Origin: Nitrospirota bacterium | Lineage (GTDB): Bacteria; Nitrospirota; UBA9217 | Assembly (NCBI GenBank): GCA_963741205.1 | Contig: CAVUHW010000018.1 | Span: forward strand, 32,001 to 96,000 | DNA: 64,000 nt | Direction of reading: 5' to 3' | Shown here: in pieces, positions 53,102 to 64,000 of the stretch | How the letters are laid out: the number at the start of each line of letters is the position of its first letter | Numbering within the stretch: position 1 is the stretch's first letter | The notes under the pieces: model-generated | What the model was told of the DNA's origin: nothing | Databases searched by the model: none | The model's input: the letters and a program-made list of their open reading frames with translations, nothing else | Made by a program: the position numbers and the translations under genes

Positions 53102-54547
53102 ATGAAAATCCGGAACATAGTACTGCTTACCGCGCTGTTATTATCACTACTGGTCACGCGGCCGATTGACCGCGTAGAGGCGAATGACGCCCCCCCGGAG
53201 AAGAACAGGCAATGCCTCGGTTGCCACGGCAAGCAGGAAATCACCATACACTTCCAGGACGACGAGTCGGTATCAGGCCAGATTGATGAAAAAAAACTAA
53301 ACTCGTCAGTCCATTCCTCGTTTTTCTGTACCGATTGTCATTCCGAATTCTCGGCATACAGCCACCCAAAAAGGAATTTCCGCAACCGGGAGCAATACCG
53401 GGTCCGTGCTTCCCTCGCCTGCAGACGCTGTCATTCGGACGAACAGATCAGGACCAGGCCCGTTCATCTCGACGTGTTACGCGGCGAGAAGTCGGGCAAT
53501 CCGCCGGTCTGCGTCGACTGCCACGGGGCACACACCGTCATTCGCGTCACGAGAAAAAAATCGCTGAGTGACGAGGCAAAACGCTGCCTTCAGTGCCACC
53601 GGCAGGATGTCCAGCTGTCATATCAGAACGGTGAGCGCCGTTCTGTATCCGTCGACCCCGCGCACCTCGAGGCATCCGCCCACAATAAACTCAGTTGTTC
53701 CGACTGCCATTATGGCTTTTCCTCAGAAGAACACCCGAAACGGCACTTCCGGACCCAGCGGGATATGACGATAGCGTCCGCCGAACTGTGCAGGCGGTGT
53801 CATTTCGACATATACACCAAGTTCCAGGACAGCATCCACTATACCAAACTCAGCCAGGGAATGCTCAATGCCCCGGTCTGTACCGACTGCCATGGAGCTC
53901 ACTCAATCGCGTCGGTCGGCAAGGAGCGCATAGCAAGCGCCGGCCGCTGTCGGAAATGCCATCTCGACACGTACAATGTTTACGCGAAAAGCGTTCACGG
54001 AGGCGCACTGCTGAACGAGCACAACAAGGACGTACCCGTTTGCGTGGACTGCCATAAAACTCACGATATCCAGAGTCCAGGCACCATTGAATACCGGGAG
54101 CGGATCCCGGAAATGTGCAGTAAGTGCCACGCCAATAAAGAAATCATGGGAAGATACGGACTGTCCACGGACGTCATGAAGACCTACCTCTCAGATTTTC
54201 ACGGCGTCACGCTGGGGTTTTACATAAAACAGAAAAACCTGCTCCCCAAACAAATGAAGTCAATCGCCGTGTGTACCGACTGTCATGGCACGCACAACAT
54301 CAACAGTACGGTAGGTCCTGACGCGACCATCGTCAAGGCGAACCTCGTACAGCGATGCCGAAAATGCCATGCTGACGCAACCGAGGACTTTCCCGATGCG
54401 TGGATATCCCACTACAAGTCGAGCCTGCAGCGGGCGCCGCTTATTTTTATCATCAGCATATTTTACCGGATATTCACGCCTATCATGGTCATCGGTCTGG
54501 TGCTGCAGATACTGCTGCACATCTGGCGTTATGCGGTAAACCGGTGA
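53102..54547 (+). CDS. 13-heme cytochrome c with C-terminal TM anchor
   Basis: Signal peptide from ATG 53102; 13 CxxCH motifs counted. Confidence 0.92.
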   Translation: MKIRNIVLLTALLLSLLVTRPIDRVEANDAPPEKNRQCLGCHGKQEITIHFQDDESVSGQIDEKKLNSSVHSSFFCTDCHSEFSAYSHPKRNFRNREQYRVRASLACRRCHSDEQIRTRPVHLDVLRGEKSGNPPVCVDCHGAHTVIRVTRKKSLSDEAKRCLQCHRQDVQLSYQNGERRSVSVDPAHLEASAHNKLSCSDCHYGFSSEEHPKRHFRTQRDMTIASAELCRRCHFDIYTKFQDSIHYTKLSQGMLNAPVCTDCHGAHSIASVGKERIASAGRCRKCHLDTYNVYAKSVHGGALLNEHNKDVPVCVDCHKTHDIQSPGTIEYRERIPEMCSKCHANKEIMGRYGLSTDVMKTYLSDFHGVTLGFYIKQKNLLPKQMKSIAVCTDCHGTHNINSTVGPDATIVKANLVQRCRKCHADATEDFPDAWISHYKSSLQRAPLIFIISIFYRIFTPIMVIGLVLQILLHIWRYAVNR

Positions 54548-54563
54548 TACGGAGGTAAAGAAA

Positions 54564-55319
54564 ATGAACAGGATCACGGCAAAGAGCGGGCGGACCGACG
54601 AGCCGCATCAGGCGTTTCGGTCCGTACCGGATCATTGAGCACTGGATGCACGCGATGGTTTTCATCATACTCGTCATCACGGGATTGTCTCAGAGGTTTT
54701 ATACCTATGACCTCTCGCAGTGGATCGTATTACGCCTCGGTGGAATAGATGCTGTCAGGCTCATGCACCGCGTCCCGGATTTATCCTCATCCTCTTGTTC
54801 GTCCAGCACGTTCTTATCGCCGCCTGGGGGGTCATCCAGATGAGGTGGCAGGCATCGATGGTCATCCAGGTAAAAGACTATCAGAACGCGATTGCGAACC
54901 TCAGGTATTACTTCGGGCAGAGAAGCCATCCTGCCTCCTGCGATCGTTACGATTACAAACAAAAATTCGATTACTGGGGGGTCCTGGTCAGCAATATCAT
55001 CATGATCTTCACCGGGCTCATACTCTGGTTCCCCATAACGACGACAAAGTTTTTTTACGGTGAATTTATCCCCGCGGCAAACGTCATACATACGAACCAG
55101 TCGTTGCTCGTTATCCTCATTATCGTTATATGGCACATCTATAACTCCATCTTCAGCCCTGATATTTTCCCCTTCGACACGAGCATCCTGACGGGATACC
55201 TTACGAGGGAGAGGATGGTCCGTGAACATCCCGTTGAACTCGCTCGGATGGAAGCGCCCGCGGGGAAAAAAATCAATCCGCATCTTCCCTTGCGTGAAAA
55301 GGAAATAAGCACCGGATAG
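54564..55319 (+). CDS. Cytochrome b, FdnI/HyaC-like (Cbc-type), frameshift ~54775
   Basis: RIIEHW, ITGLSQRF, MHR, RYDYKQKFDYWG, IH..WHIYN, EHP. Confidence 0.85.
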
Positions 55320-55444
55320 ACGCCTCTTTTGACCTTGCCATTCCGCATTGTGGCCCAATCCGTATTTGCCTATTCCCCGATAAAGGAGTATACTTTATAA
55401 GTTTCCTTGCCGGCATTCCGCAGAGAGGCGAGGAATGATCTCCC

Positions 55445-57254
55445 ATGCAGAAGAAGCTGATTATCGCACTCATTATCTATGTCATCGTTCTGTCAGCGGG
55501 TCTCGGCATCGTCAGCACGATTGCCGTCAACGACGCCATAGACCGGACATTGCAGAAAAGCATCACCTCGACGCAGACCATTGCAAACCAACTGGATTTT
55601 CTCCTCCAAACAAACATCACCAGATTATACGATATCTCGCTCTCGGGTAAGATAAACCTCGATGAGAAAAACTGGTCGCCGGTAAAACGGCTGCTCGAAT
55701 CAATTTATCAGTACTCGATCTTCACGGAAGGGGTTTTTCTCCTGGACAGGCACGGCAACACCATCCTTACCTATCCGGCCCGTGATTACAGCAGGGAAAA
55801 CCTGCTATTCATCCCCTGGGTGAGCCGGGTCCTGACCGAGGGCAAGCCGATCATATCCAACGTGTACACTATCGAACCGATCAAAAAACCGCTCATATTC
55901 GTCCTCGTCCCCCTGAGAAATACGGCGGGAGAAATCGTTGGCGCGGCGGGCGGCGCGGTCAATCCGACCAATTCCGTCATGAGCAGGATTCTCCGCGCCG
56001 TTTCTTCGGAGACAGAGAACCATTACCTGGAAATTATCGACTCCAACGAGGTCGTCGTGGCAGCCGACAAGAGTTCCCGCGTCCTGGGACATCACGACCA
56101 CGACGGAGCCCTGGCGAAAATGATCAAGGAGTGCAAGTCGGGCATAAAAAGCTGCGCCCATGGTTTTTCCCAGGGTGTTGGAGCGGAGAAAACGGAGGAT
56201 GTTCTGGTGGTTGTGCCGCTTCAGTCGGTATCCTGGGCCGTCGTCTTCGGTCAGCCCAAGGATGAAGTCTCCCTGCCGGCGCGGCAGCTGCGAAACAAGT
56301 TTATTTTGCTTGCCTTGATCTTCACCGGCATGGCGATCATCTTTTCGCTCGGCATCAGCAGGAACATCGTAAGTCCCATTCGACTCGCTCATCGCCGCGA
56401 CGGACCGAATCGGACAGGGTGATCTCTCGGTTCCCGTGGGAAATATCGGCAGCGACGAAATTGCCGTGCTCGGAAAGAGTTTTGACGACATGCGGGAGCA
56501 GTTGGCAAGATCACTCGAAAGCATCCAGCGCCAGAACAGTGAGCTTGAAGAGCGGGTAAAGAGTCGGACTCAACAGCTGGAGGAAAAACAGCACGCGAAT
56601 ATAGCCCTCCTGAAGCAGTTGATCACCTCCCAGGAGGACGAACGAAAGAGGATCGCCCGGGAACTCCATGACGAGTCGCTCCAGACGCTCTCGGCCATAC
56701 TCATGAATATCGAGATGTGCCGGCTTCGTCCCGAGTTGATAAATCAGGAAAAGGTGACCCAGATGAAAGATACCGTCACGACGGTCATCAATGAAATGAG
56801 CAAGGTCATCCAGAACCTCCGTCCGACGGTGCTCGATGATCTCGGATTCGAAGCGGCAATTGTCTGGCTGGCGGACCGGAACCTCAAGGACAAGAGCATC
56901 CACTGCACCCTGAATATGAGCGGACTGGCCGAAGAACGGATCTCGCCGGAGCTCCAGATCACACTCTTCCGGATCATTCAGGAAACGACCATGAATATTG
57001 CCAGGCATTCCAGAGCGACGCATGTCTTCATCGATATCAAGACGGACAGGGAAAGATTCACCATGACCATCCAGGATGACGGCATCGGGTTCGATCCTTC
57101 GGCACCGATGGAGAATTTACAGACGGGGCGTGGGCTGGGGGTCCAAGGCATGAGGGAAAGGGCCGCGCAGATAAACGGCGAATTGCAAATCTGTTCCACG
57201 CCCACCGGGGGAACGACCATTCAGTGCAGCGTCCCGCTCAAACTGGAGGCATAA
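55445..57254 (+). CDS. Sensor histidine kinase (Cache-HAMP-HisKA_3), frameshift ~56385
   Basis: QEDERKRIARELHDE, LRPTVLDDLG, FRIIQE, GLGVQGMRER. Confidence 0.9.
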
Positions 57255-57255
57255 T

Positions 57256-57918
57256 ATGGGTTTGAAGACAAGAATTCTGATCGCCGACGATCATGCCCTG
57301 GTGCGCCAGGGAATCGCCTCGTTTCTTCATATATCAGACGCCTATGAGGTCGTAGGAGAGGCGGCGGACGGCGTGGAAGCCATCCAGTCGGTAAAGAAAT
57401 ACAAACCGGATGTTGTACTCATGGACATTTCCATGCCGAAGCTCGGCGGGCTCGAAGCGACCCTGGAAATCAAAAAGATCAATCCCGCCATCAAGATCCT
57501 GGTGCTGACTCAGTATGAGGACACGGTGTACATCAGGCGCTTTTTCAAGGCCGGCGCGTCCGGCTACCTGCTCAAAAAAGCAGTTGGCTTGGAACTGCTC
57601 ACCGCGATCGAGACCGTTATGTCGGGAAAGATGTACGTTCATCCTTCCATCGCAACAAGCGTGGTGGACGGCTACCTCGGTGTGCAAAAGGGGGAGCCGG
57701 TTGAGGATACGTACGATTCACTGACGGATCGTGAAAAACAGGTCCTGAAGCTCATCGCGGAGGGATGTACGCAAAAAGAGGCGGCCGACATGCTTGCTAT
57801 CAGCGTGAAAACCGTCATCACTCACCAAACCAACATCAGTGAAAAACTCAAGATTCACACTCGTGCCGGCCTGATCAAGTTTGCGATTCAGAAGGGAATC
57901 ATCAAGATAGAGGGGTGA
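57256..57918 (+). CDS. NarL/LuxR-family response regulator
   Basis: Intact REC + HTH (LTDREKQVLKLIAEG). Confidence 0.93.
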   Translation: MGLKTRILIADDHALVRQGIASFLHISDAYEVVGEAADGVEAIQSVKKYKPDVVLMDISMPKLGGLEATLEIKKINPAIKILVLTQYEDTVYIRRFFKAGASGYLLKKAVGLELLTAIETVMSGKMYVHPSIATSVVDGYLGVQKGEPVEDTYDSLTDREKQVLKLIAEGCTQKEAADMLAISVKTVITHQTNISEKLKIHTRAGLIKFAIQKGIIKIEG

Positions 57919-57928
57919 GACGAAGCAG

Positions 57929-58213
57929 CTATATCCTGCCGTCAACCATCTCCCGCATCTCTTTGCCGGCCTTGAAGAAGGGCACTTTTTTCGGCGGCAC
58001 CTGGACTGTCTCGCCGGTCTTGGGGTTCCTGCCTTCCTTGGCCCGCCGGTGGCGGACCCGAAAGCTCCCGAACCCCCGGATCTCGACCTTGTCTTCCCGG
58101 GACAGGGCGTCCTTGATGCCGTCGAGCACGGTATTCACGACGACCTCCACCTGTTTCCTGGTCAATCCTGGCTTCTTCTCGGCTATCTTGTCTACCAACT
58201 CCGCCTTTGTCAT
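57929..58213 (-). CDS. ihfB: Integration host factor beta / HU family
   Basis: MTKAELV, VEIRGFGSF, GRNPKTG, VPFFKAGKE; rpsA-sppA-ihfB synteny. Confidence 0.9.
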   Translation of the reverse strand: MTKAELVDKIAEKKPGLTRKQVEVVVNTVLDGIKDALSREDKVEIRGFGSFRVRHRRAKEGRNPKTGETVQVPPKKVPFFKAGKEMREMVDGRI

Positions 58214-58317
58214 GCAAAACCCTCCTGGAAGTAAAAAAGTACAGAGTTCAACGTTCAGCGTTCAGAGTAGGGGTGTCCCGCAACTATGAGCTATGAACTT
58301 TGAACCGGTTCTGGTTT

Positions 58318-59214
58318 CTAGCGATACTGTAACGACAGCGTGTTTCCGCTGAGCCCCCTGGTGATGACATCGCCGATCCAGGCCGCGGATTCTTCTTTTA
58401 AGTAATCGAGAAACGGGATCTTTTTCTTTTTCTCGATGATCTTCGGTTTTCCCTTGATACCCGCCAGCGTCCCCGCGAGCTGAATGCTGTCCGAAAGGTC
58501 TCCCAGCTTGTCAACGAGTTTAAGCGTGAGCGCCTGGCGACCGGTGAAGATGCGGCCGTCGGCAATGGCCTTCACCTCCGCCGCAGGCAGGCCCCGCCCT
58601 TCGGAAACGGCTTCGATGAACTGACTGTGAACGTCGTCGATGACGTCCTGGAGCAACTGCTTCTCGTGATCGGTCATGTCCCGGAACGGAGATCCGATGT
58701 CCTTGTATTCCCCCGCCTTCACTACCATCCCCTTGACGCCGATCTTCTCCAGGAGCTTCTCGACGCTGGCAAACTCCATCTTAACGCCGATGCTGCCGGT
58801 GAGCGTCCCCGGGTTTGCCACGATCTTGTCCGCGGCGGCCGCCACATAGTACCCTCCCGACGCAGCGACGGTTCCCATTGACGCGACGATCTTTTTCCCT
58901 TCCCGTTTGGCGTTCTTGACGGCGTTATAGATTTCCTGCGACGCCACGACGCCGCCCCCGGGACTGTCGATCCGGAGCACGATGGCTTTGATGGACGAGT
59001 CTTCGGCATAGTCCGTCAGTTCGTCCACCACGTCGTCGGAGTTCACGAGGAGTCCTTCGATCTTTACGAGCGCCACGTTTCCCCCTCCCACCGTCAGGGG
59101 AACGGAGGTCCGCCTGCCCCCGGAGAGAAACGAGGCAAGCGCCAGAATAGCGACGAACAAAACTCCCAGCGCCGCGGCGGTCGCGATGATGATCAGGAAA
59201 GGATTCCGCTTCAT
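58318..59214 (-). CDS. sppA: Signal peptide peptidase SppA (36K type)
   Basis: RIDSPGG, AASGGYY, TGSIGV, ADGRIFTG. Confidence 0.95.
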   Translation of the reverse strand: MKRNPFLIIIATAAALGVLFVAILALASFLSGGRRTSVPLTVGGGNVALVKIEGLLVNSDDVVDELTDYAEDSSIKAIVLRIDSPGGGVVASQEIYNAVKNAKREGKKIVASMGTVAASGGYYVAAAADKIVANPGTLTGSIGVKMEFASVEKLLEKIGVKGMVVKAGEYKDIGSPFRDMTDHEKQLLQDVIDDVHSQFIEAVSEGRGLPAAEVKAIADGRIFTGRQALTLKLVDKLGDLSDSIQLAGTLAGIKGKPKIIEKKKKIPFLDYLKEESAAWIGDVITRGLSGNTLSLQYR

Positions 59215-59220
59215 GGCGAA

Positions 59221-60915
59221 TCAGCTCCGTTCTTTCAGCAGCGCCCCGATGCTCATATCGGGTTTTTCCTGCTGGTTCGAATATTCCCGCAGGCTCGACC
59301 GGTCCTGGCCTTTGACCTGCGCCTTGATGGAAAGCGCGATCTTGCGGTCGCCCCGGTCCACTTTGATGACGCGGGCGGTCACTTCGTCGCCCTCCTTGAT
59401 CTCCGGGGAGTCCTTCGGGACCTCCGATGCAGGTATCAGCCCCTCGATGCCGTGCTCAAGCCCAACGAACATGCCAAAATCGGCCTTTTTCGTCACCTTC
59501 ACCTTTTCATCCTGGCCGACCTTGTACCGCTCCGGAATGGCCTTGTCCCAGGGGTCCGGGGTCAGCTGCTTGAGCCCCAGCGAAATCCGCTCTTTCGCGG
59601 GGTCAAGGGCGAGGACCACGGCCTTGGTCTTCTGGCCTTTCTTGAGCACCTCGGAAGGGTGCTTGACGTGCCTGGTCCATGACAGGTCGGAGATATGGAT
59701 GAGGCCGTCGATGCCTTCCTCGATGCCGACGAATGCGCCGAAATCGGTGACGGTCTTGACCTTGCCCTCGACCTCGGAGCCCACGGGATACCGTTCACCG
59801 ATAGTCTGCCAGGGATTGGGCATGTTCTGTTTCATCCCGAGGGAAATACGCTTGCCCGCGGGATCGACGGAAAGCACATGCGCCTCGATCACTTCACCTG
59901 CGGTCACGACCTTGGACGGATGCTTGATCTTCTGGGTCCAGGACATCTCGGAAACATGGACCAGCCCTTCAATGCCTTGTTCCAGTTCCACAAATGCGCC
60001 ATAGTCGGTCAGGCTCATCACCTTGCCCCGTACCCTGCTGCCGACGGGGTACTTCTCCGCGACCGAGAGCCAGGGGTCCTGGGTCTTCTGCTTCATGCCG
60101 AGCGACACCTTCTGTTTTTCCCGGTCGTATTTAAGCACGACAACCTCGACCCGGTCGCCGACCTTGAGCGCCTCGGAGGGATGGTTGATCCTGCTCCAGG
60201 ATATATCGGTAATGTGCATGAGACCGTCGATGCCGCCAAGATCGACAAATGCGCCGTAGTCGGTAATGTTCTTGATGACGCCGCTCACGATCTGACCTTC
60301 GGCGAGAGAAGAGAGGGTCGCTTCTTTCTTCAGGTTCTGCTGTTGCTCCAGGATGGCCCTGCGGGAGAGCACGATATTGCCGCGGCCGGAGTTCATCTTG
60401 ATGATTTTCATCTCAAGGGTCTGGCCGACCAAACGGCCCAGGTTCTGAGTGGGCTTGGTGTCCACCTGGGAGCCTGGCAGGAACGCCTCTACGCCGCCGA
60501 TATCGACGGACAGTCCTCCCTTGATGGCGGCGAGCACTTTTCCCTTCACCGGGGCACCGGTCTGATAGGCGCTGTTCAGGTCGTCCCAGACTTGAAGTTT
60601 TTTGGCTTTGTCGCGGGAGAGCATGATGTTCCCGTTCGAGTCTTCTGCCGCCTCGAGCAGGACTTCCAGCTCGTCGCCCGGCTTCATCGTCCTTAGCTCG
60701 TCTTCCGTGAACTGTTCCACGGGGATGATGCCGTCTGATTTATACCCCAGGTCCAGCATGACAAAGCCGGACCGGATCTGCAGCACCCGTCCGCGGACCA
60801 GGGTCCCGGACTTGAACTGCTTTATGGACTGGCTGTAGAGTTTTTCAAACTCCGTTTCCTGTCCGGATGTCTTACTGTTCTCTTCGTGATCGATGTGCTC
60901 TCCTGTATCGCCCAT
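59221..60915 (-). CDS. rpsA: 30S ribosomal protein S1
   Basis: Six S1 repeats (TDYGAFVDLGGIDGL.HITD.SW). Confidence 0.97.
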   Translation of the reverse strand: MGDTGEHIDHEENSKTSGQETEFEKLYSQSIKQFKSGTLVRGRVLQIRSGFVMLDLGYKSDGIIPVEQFTEDELRTMKPGDELEVLLEAAEDSNGNIMLSRDKAKKLQVWDDLNSAYQTGAPVKGKVLAAIKGGLSVDIGGVEAFLPGSQVDTKPTQNLGRLVGQTLEMKIIKMNSGRGNIVLSRRAILEQQQNLKKEATLSSLAEGQIVSGVIKNITDYGAFVDLGGIDGLMHITDISWSRINHPSEALKVGDRVEVVVLKYDREKQKVSLGMKQKTQDPWLSVAEKYPVGSRVRGKVMSLTDYGAFVELEQGIEGLVHVSEMSWTQKIKHPSKVVTAGEVIEAHVLSVDPAGKRISLGMKQNMPNPWQTIGERYPVGSEVEGKVKTVTDFGAFVGIEEGIDGLIHISDLSWTRHVKHPSEVLKKGQKTKAVVLALDPAKERISLGLKQLTPDPWDKAIPERYKVGQDEKVKVTKKADFGMFVGLEHGIEGLIPASEVPKDSPEIKEGDEVTARVIKVDRGDRKIALSIKAQVKGQDRSSLREYSNQQEKPDMSIGALLKERS

Positions 60916-60974
60916 GAAACTTCCCTACCTCCCAAAAGTAAATTCCGCTCTTAATATCGATACCCCAAATTTTG

Positions 60975-61826
60975 TCATGTGATATGTGATTTGGTCTCAA
61001 TGGCCCGTAATCTTTCCAAAACCCCTTCCACGATCCAGTCGGGCGTTGATGCCCCCGCCGTCACCCCGATCGAGCTGACGCCCTCCAGCCACTCAGGCTG
61101 GATTTCTTCGGCCAGCTCGATATGATAGGTGGGTTTGCCCTCCTGCCGGCAGAGATCCGCCAGCCTGCTCGTATTAGCGCTGTTGCGACCTCCTACCACC
61201 AGCATGACATCAACCTGGCTGGCGAGGACGCGGGCCGCTTCCTGTCGTTCCTTTGTTGAGCTGCAGATCGTATTAAAGACCTTTAATTCCTTGGAAAGCC
61301 GCAATAACTTTAGCACAATTTCGGAAAAATTGCTATAAGATTGCGTGGTTTGCGCCACAATGCCGAGCCGGGTCCGAAGTTTCATGCCGTCGGCATCCTC
61401 GGCCGTTTCCAGGACGACGGCAGTCATCACCGGCATGGCCGAGGATGCTCTGCACCTCCGGATGCTTTTTCTCCCCCACCACGATCACCTGGTATCCTTC
61501 TTTATTAAGCGCCTCCGCGTAGCGCTGCGCCTTTCCGACAAAGGGGCAGGTCAAGTCGATGATCGTAAGGCCGATGCCGCGGGCCTGGTCAAGGACGCGG
61601 GGAGGCACCCCGTGCGATCGGATAATGAGGGAGTCCCCGGCTTCAACGTGGAAAAATCGTCAATGGTCTCGATGCCGGCGCGGCGCAACCGCTCGACTTC
61701 CTGCGGGTTGTGAATGAGCGGTCCGAAACAGTAGACGCGCCCCTTGCCTGCCGCTTCGTAAGCCGTATTGATCGCCCGCTTTACGCCGAAGCAAAACCCC
61801 GCTTTGTCTGCAAGAAAAATTTCCAT
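60975..61826 (-). CDS. ispH: 4-hydroxy-3-methylbut-2-enyl diphosphate reductase, frameshifted
   Basis: AGFCFGVKRA, LIHNP, DLTCPFV, AQTT, NTICSST, SANT, TAGASTP. Confidence 0.95.
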
Positions 61827-61832
61827 CGTACC

Positions 61833-62512
<680 letters not shown>

Positions 62513-62658
62513 TAGTCTTATGCGTCAAGCTACTCCAGGTCATGTAAGTTCCCGCGCAAGCGCGTAGAGTCCAATGGCTGTTTAAAGACTATTCGAAATG
62601 CGCTTCCCGATGCGTCTTATTTCGGCCATGCGCTATAAGAACAGTCTTATACCTACAA

Positions 62659-63959
62659 TCAGTATGCCGCCTGTCTCAGCAGCCGTTCGAATCCCGGAAA
62701 GGATGTTTCGATCCACCCGGCGTCGCGCACGAACGTATCTCCCCGGGCGGCAAGGCCGGCGACGGCCATGGACATGGCGATGCGGTGGTCTCCGTGGCTC
62801 TCGCATACCGCGCCCTGAAGCGTCTCCTGCCCGGTGATTTCCATCCCGTCGGGGAACTCCGTCACTACGACGCCCATCTTGCGCAGTTCGGCAGCCATCG
62901 TCGCGATCCGGTCGGACTCCTTGACCCGGAGTTCGGCGGCGTCCCTGATGACGGTCTTGCCCTCGGCATAGGAGGCCGCAACGCACAGGACCGGGATTTC
63001 GTCGATGGCCCGCGGGATGATGTCTCCCGCGATCTCGACACGGCCCGGAGCCTGTCCGTACCTGTACACGGATGTCGGCCACCGGCTCTCCCGCCTGTTC
63101 CCGCCTGTTCTCAAGGCCGATATCGGCCCCCATGCCCGCGAAGGACATCGATGACGCCGGTGCGCGTGGGATTGACGCCGACGTTTCTTATCGTGAGGTC
63201 CGACCCGGGAACAATCGAGGCGGCAACCATGAAGAACGCCGCTGATGAAATGTCGGAGGGAATGGCGAGCGGTCCCGGTGCGCGAAGCCGCTGCCGTCCG
63301 CGCACGGTCACCCGGTTCCCCTCTTCCTTCACCTCAACGCCGAAGAACCGGAACAGGCGCTCTGTGTGGTCCCGCGACTTGGACGGTTCGCTGACCGATG
63401 TCGCGCCGTCCGCATACAGACCGGCCAGAAGCAGCGCCGACTTGACCTGGGCGCTGGCTATCGGGCTGGTGTAATCGATGGCCCTGATGCCCCTGCCTCC
63501 GCGGATCGCGAGCGGGGCAAGCCTGCCGCCGGAACGGCCGTCGATCCGTGCGCCCATCTGCCGGAGCGGCTCCACGATCCTGGCCATGGGCCTCTTTCGC
63601 AGGTACTCGTCGCCCGAAAGGACGGAGAAAAAATCCTGTCCCGCGAGCAGGCCCGCCAGGAGCCGCATGCCGGTGCCCGAGTTCCCGAGATCGAGCACGC
63701 CGTCGGGCTCGGACAGGCCATCAAGCCCCTTTCCGTGCACCACGAGGCTGTCGGTCCCGATCCCCTCGACTCCGATTCCGAGCATCCGCATCGCCCTTGC
63801 CGTATTCATCGTATCTTCGCCGGTCAAAAACCCGGCGATGTGCGTGTCCCCTTCGGCAATGGCGGCGAACATCGACAGCCCGGTGCGAGATGGACTTGTC
63901 CCCGGCAGCCCGATCTCTCCGCGAAGTCCGCGCGAGGGTTGTATCACGAGGTCGGACAT
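62659..63959 (-). CDS. aroA: EPSP synthase, frameshifted
   Basis: [56 protein letters not shown]. Confidence 0.96.
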
Positions 63960-64000
63960 TTAGCCCAATCCCCTGCGAAGCACGCTGGCCGCTTGGAACA
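63960..64000 (-). CDS. 3' end of an upstream gene (possibly prephenate dehydrogenase, by synteny)
   Basis: Reading ..FQAASVLRRGLG* stops immediately before the aroA start; too short to identify. Confidence 0.3.
   Translation of the reverse strand, partial: FQAASVLRRGLG

Noticed and set aside
56085-56165. Heme-binding site in the kinase sensor domain (GHHDH..CKSGIKSCAH)
   Set aside because: Not a CxxCH motif; insufficient support.

Overview
Bacterial window, mostly from a Nitrospirota/Desulfobacterota-like genome (inferred from gene content). Single-base frameshifts hit many genes, including essential aroA, cmk and ispH, so they are read as uncorrected long-read indels. The first ~3.2 kb (MFS transporter, S1/P1 nuclease, PQQ dehydrogenase) is fused mid-gene to the rest and may be a mis-join. 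From 3.2 to 27.4 kb and 39 to 45 kb lies a sigma54-controlled cell-envelope redox island. It encodes two types of two-domain multicopper oxidase chains with complementary Cu-ligand sets, a MauG-like diheme enzyme with a C-terminal dockerin followed by two lipoproteins with cohesin-like C-termini, two Ig-repeat proteins whose terminal FN3-like domain is split by an internal lipoprotein signal, CHRD and RCC1 proteins, NtrC- and NarL-type regulators, and a tnpB element. Seven sigma54 promoters fall into two classes with distinct upstream palindromes. Respiratory modules: alternative complex III (actA-B1-B2-C-D-E) divergent from a Rieske/cytochrome b/pentaheme operon, and an Hmc/Cbc-like cluster (c3-type cytochrome, FeS protein, NrfD, 13-heme cytochrome, cytochrome b). 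The window ends in the housekeeping run aroA-cmk-ispH-rpsA-sppA-ihfB. No rRNA, tRNA or CRISPR array was seen.
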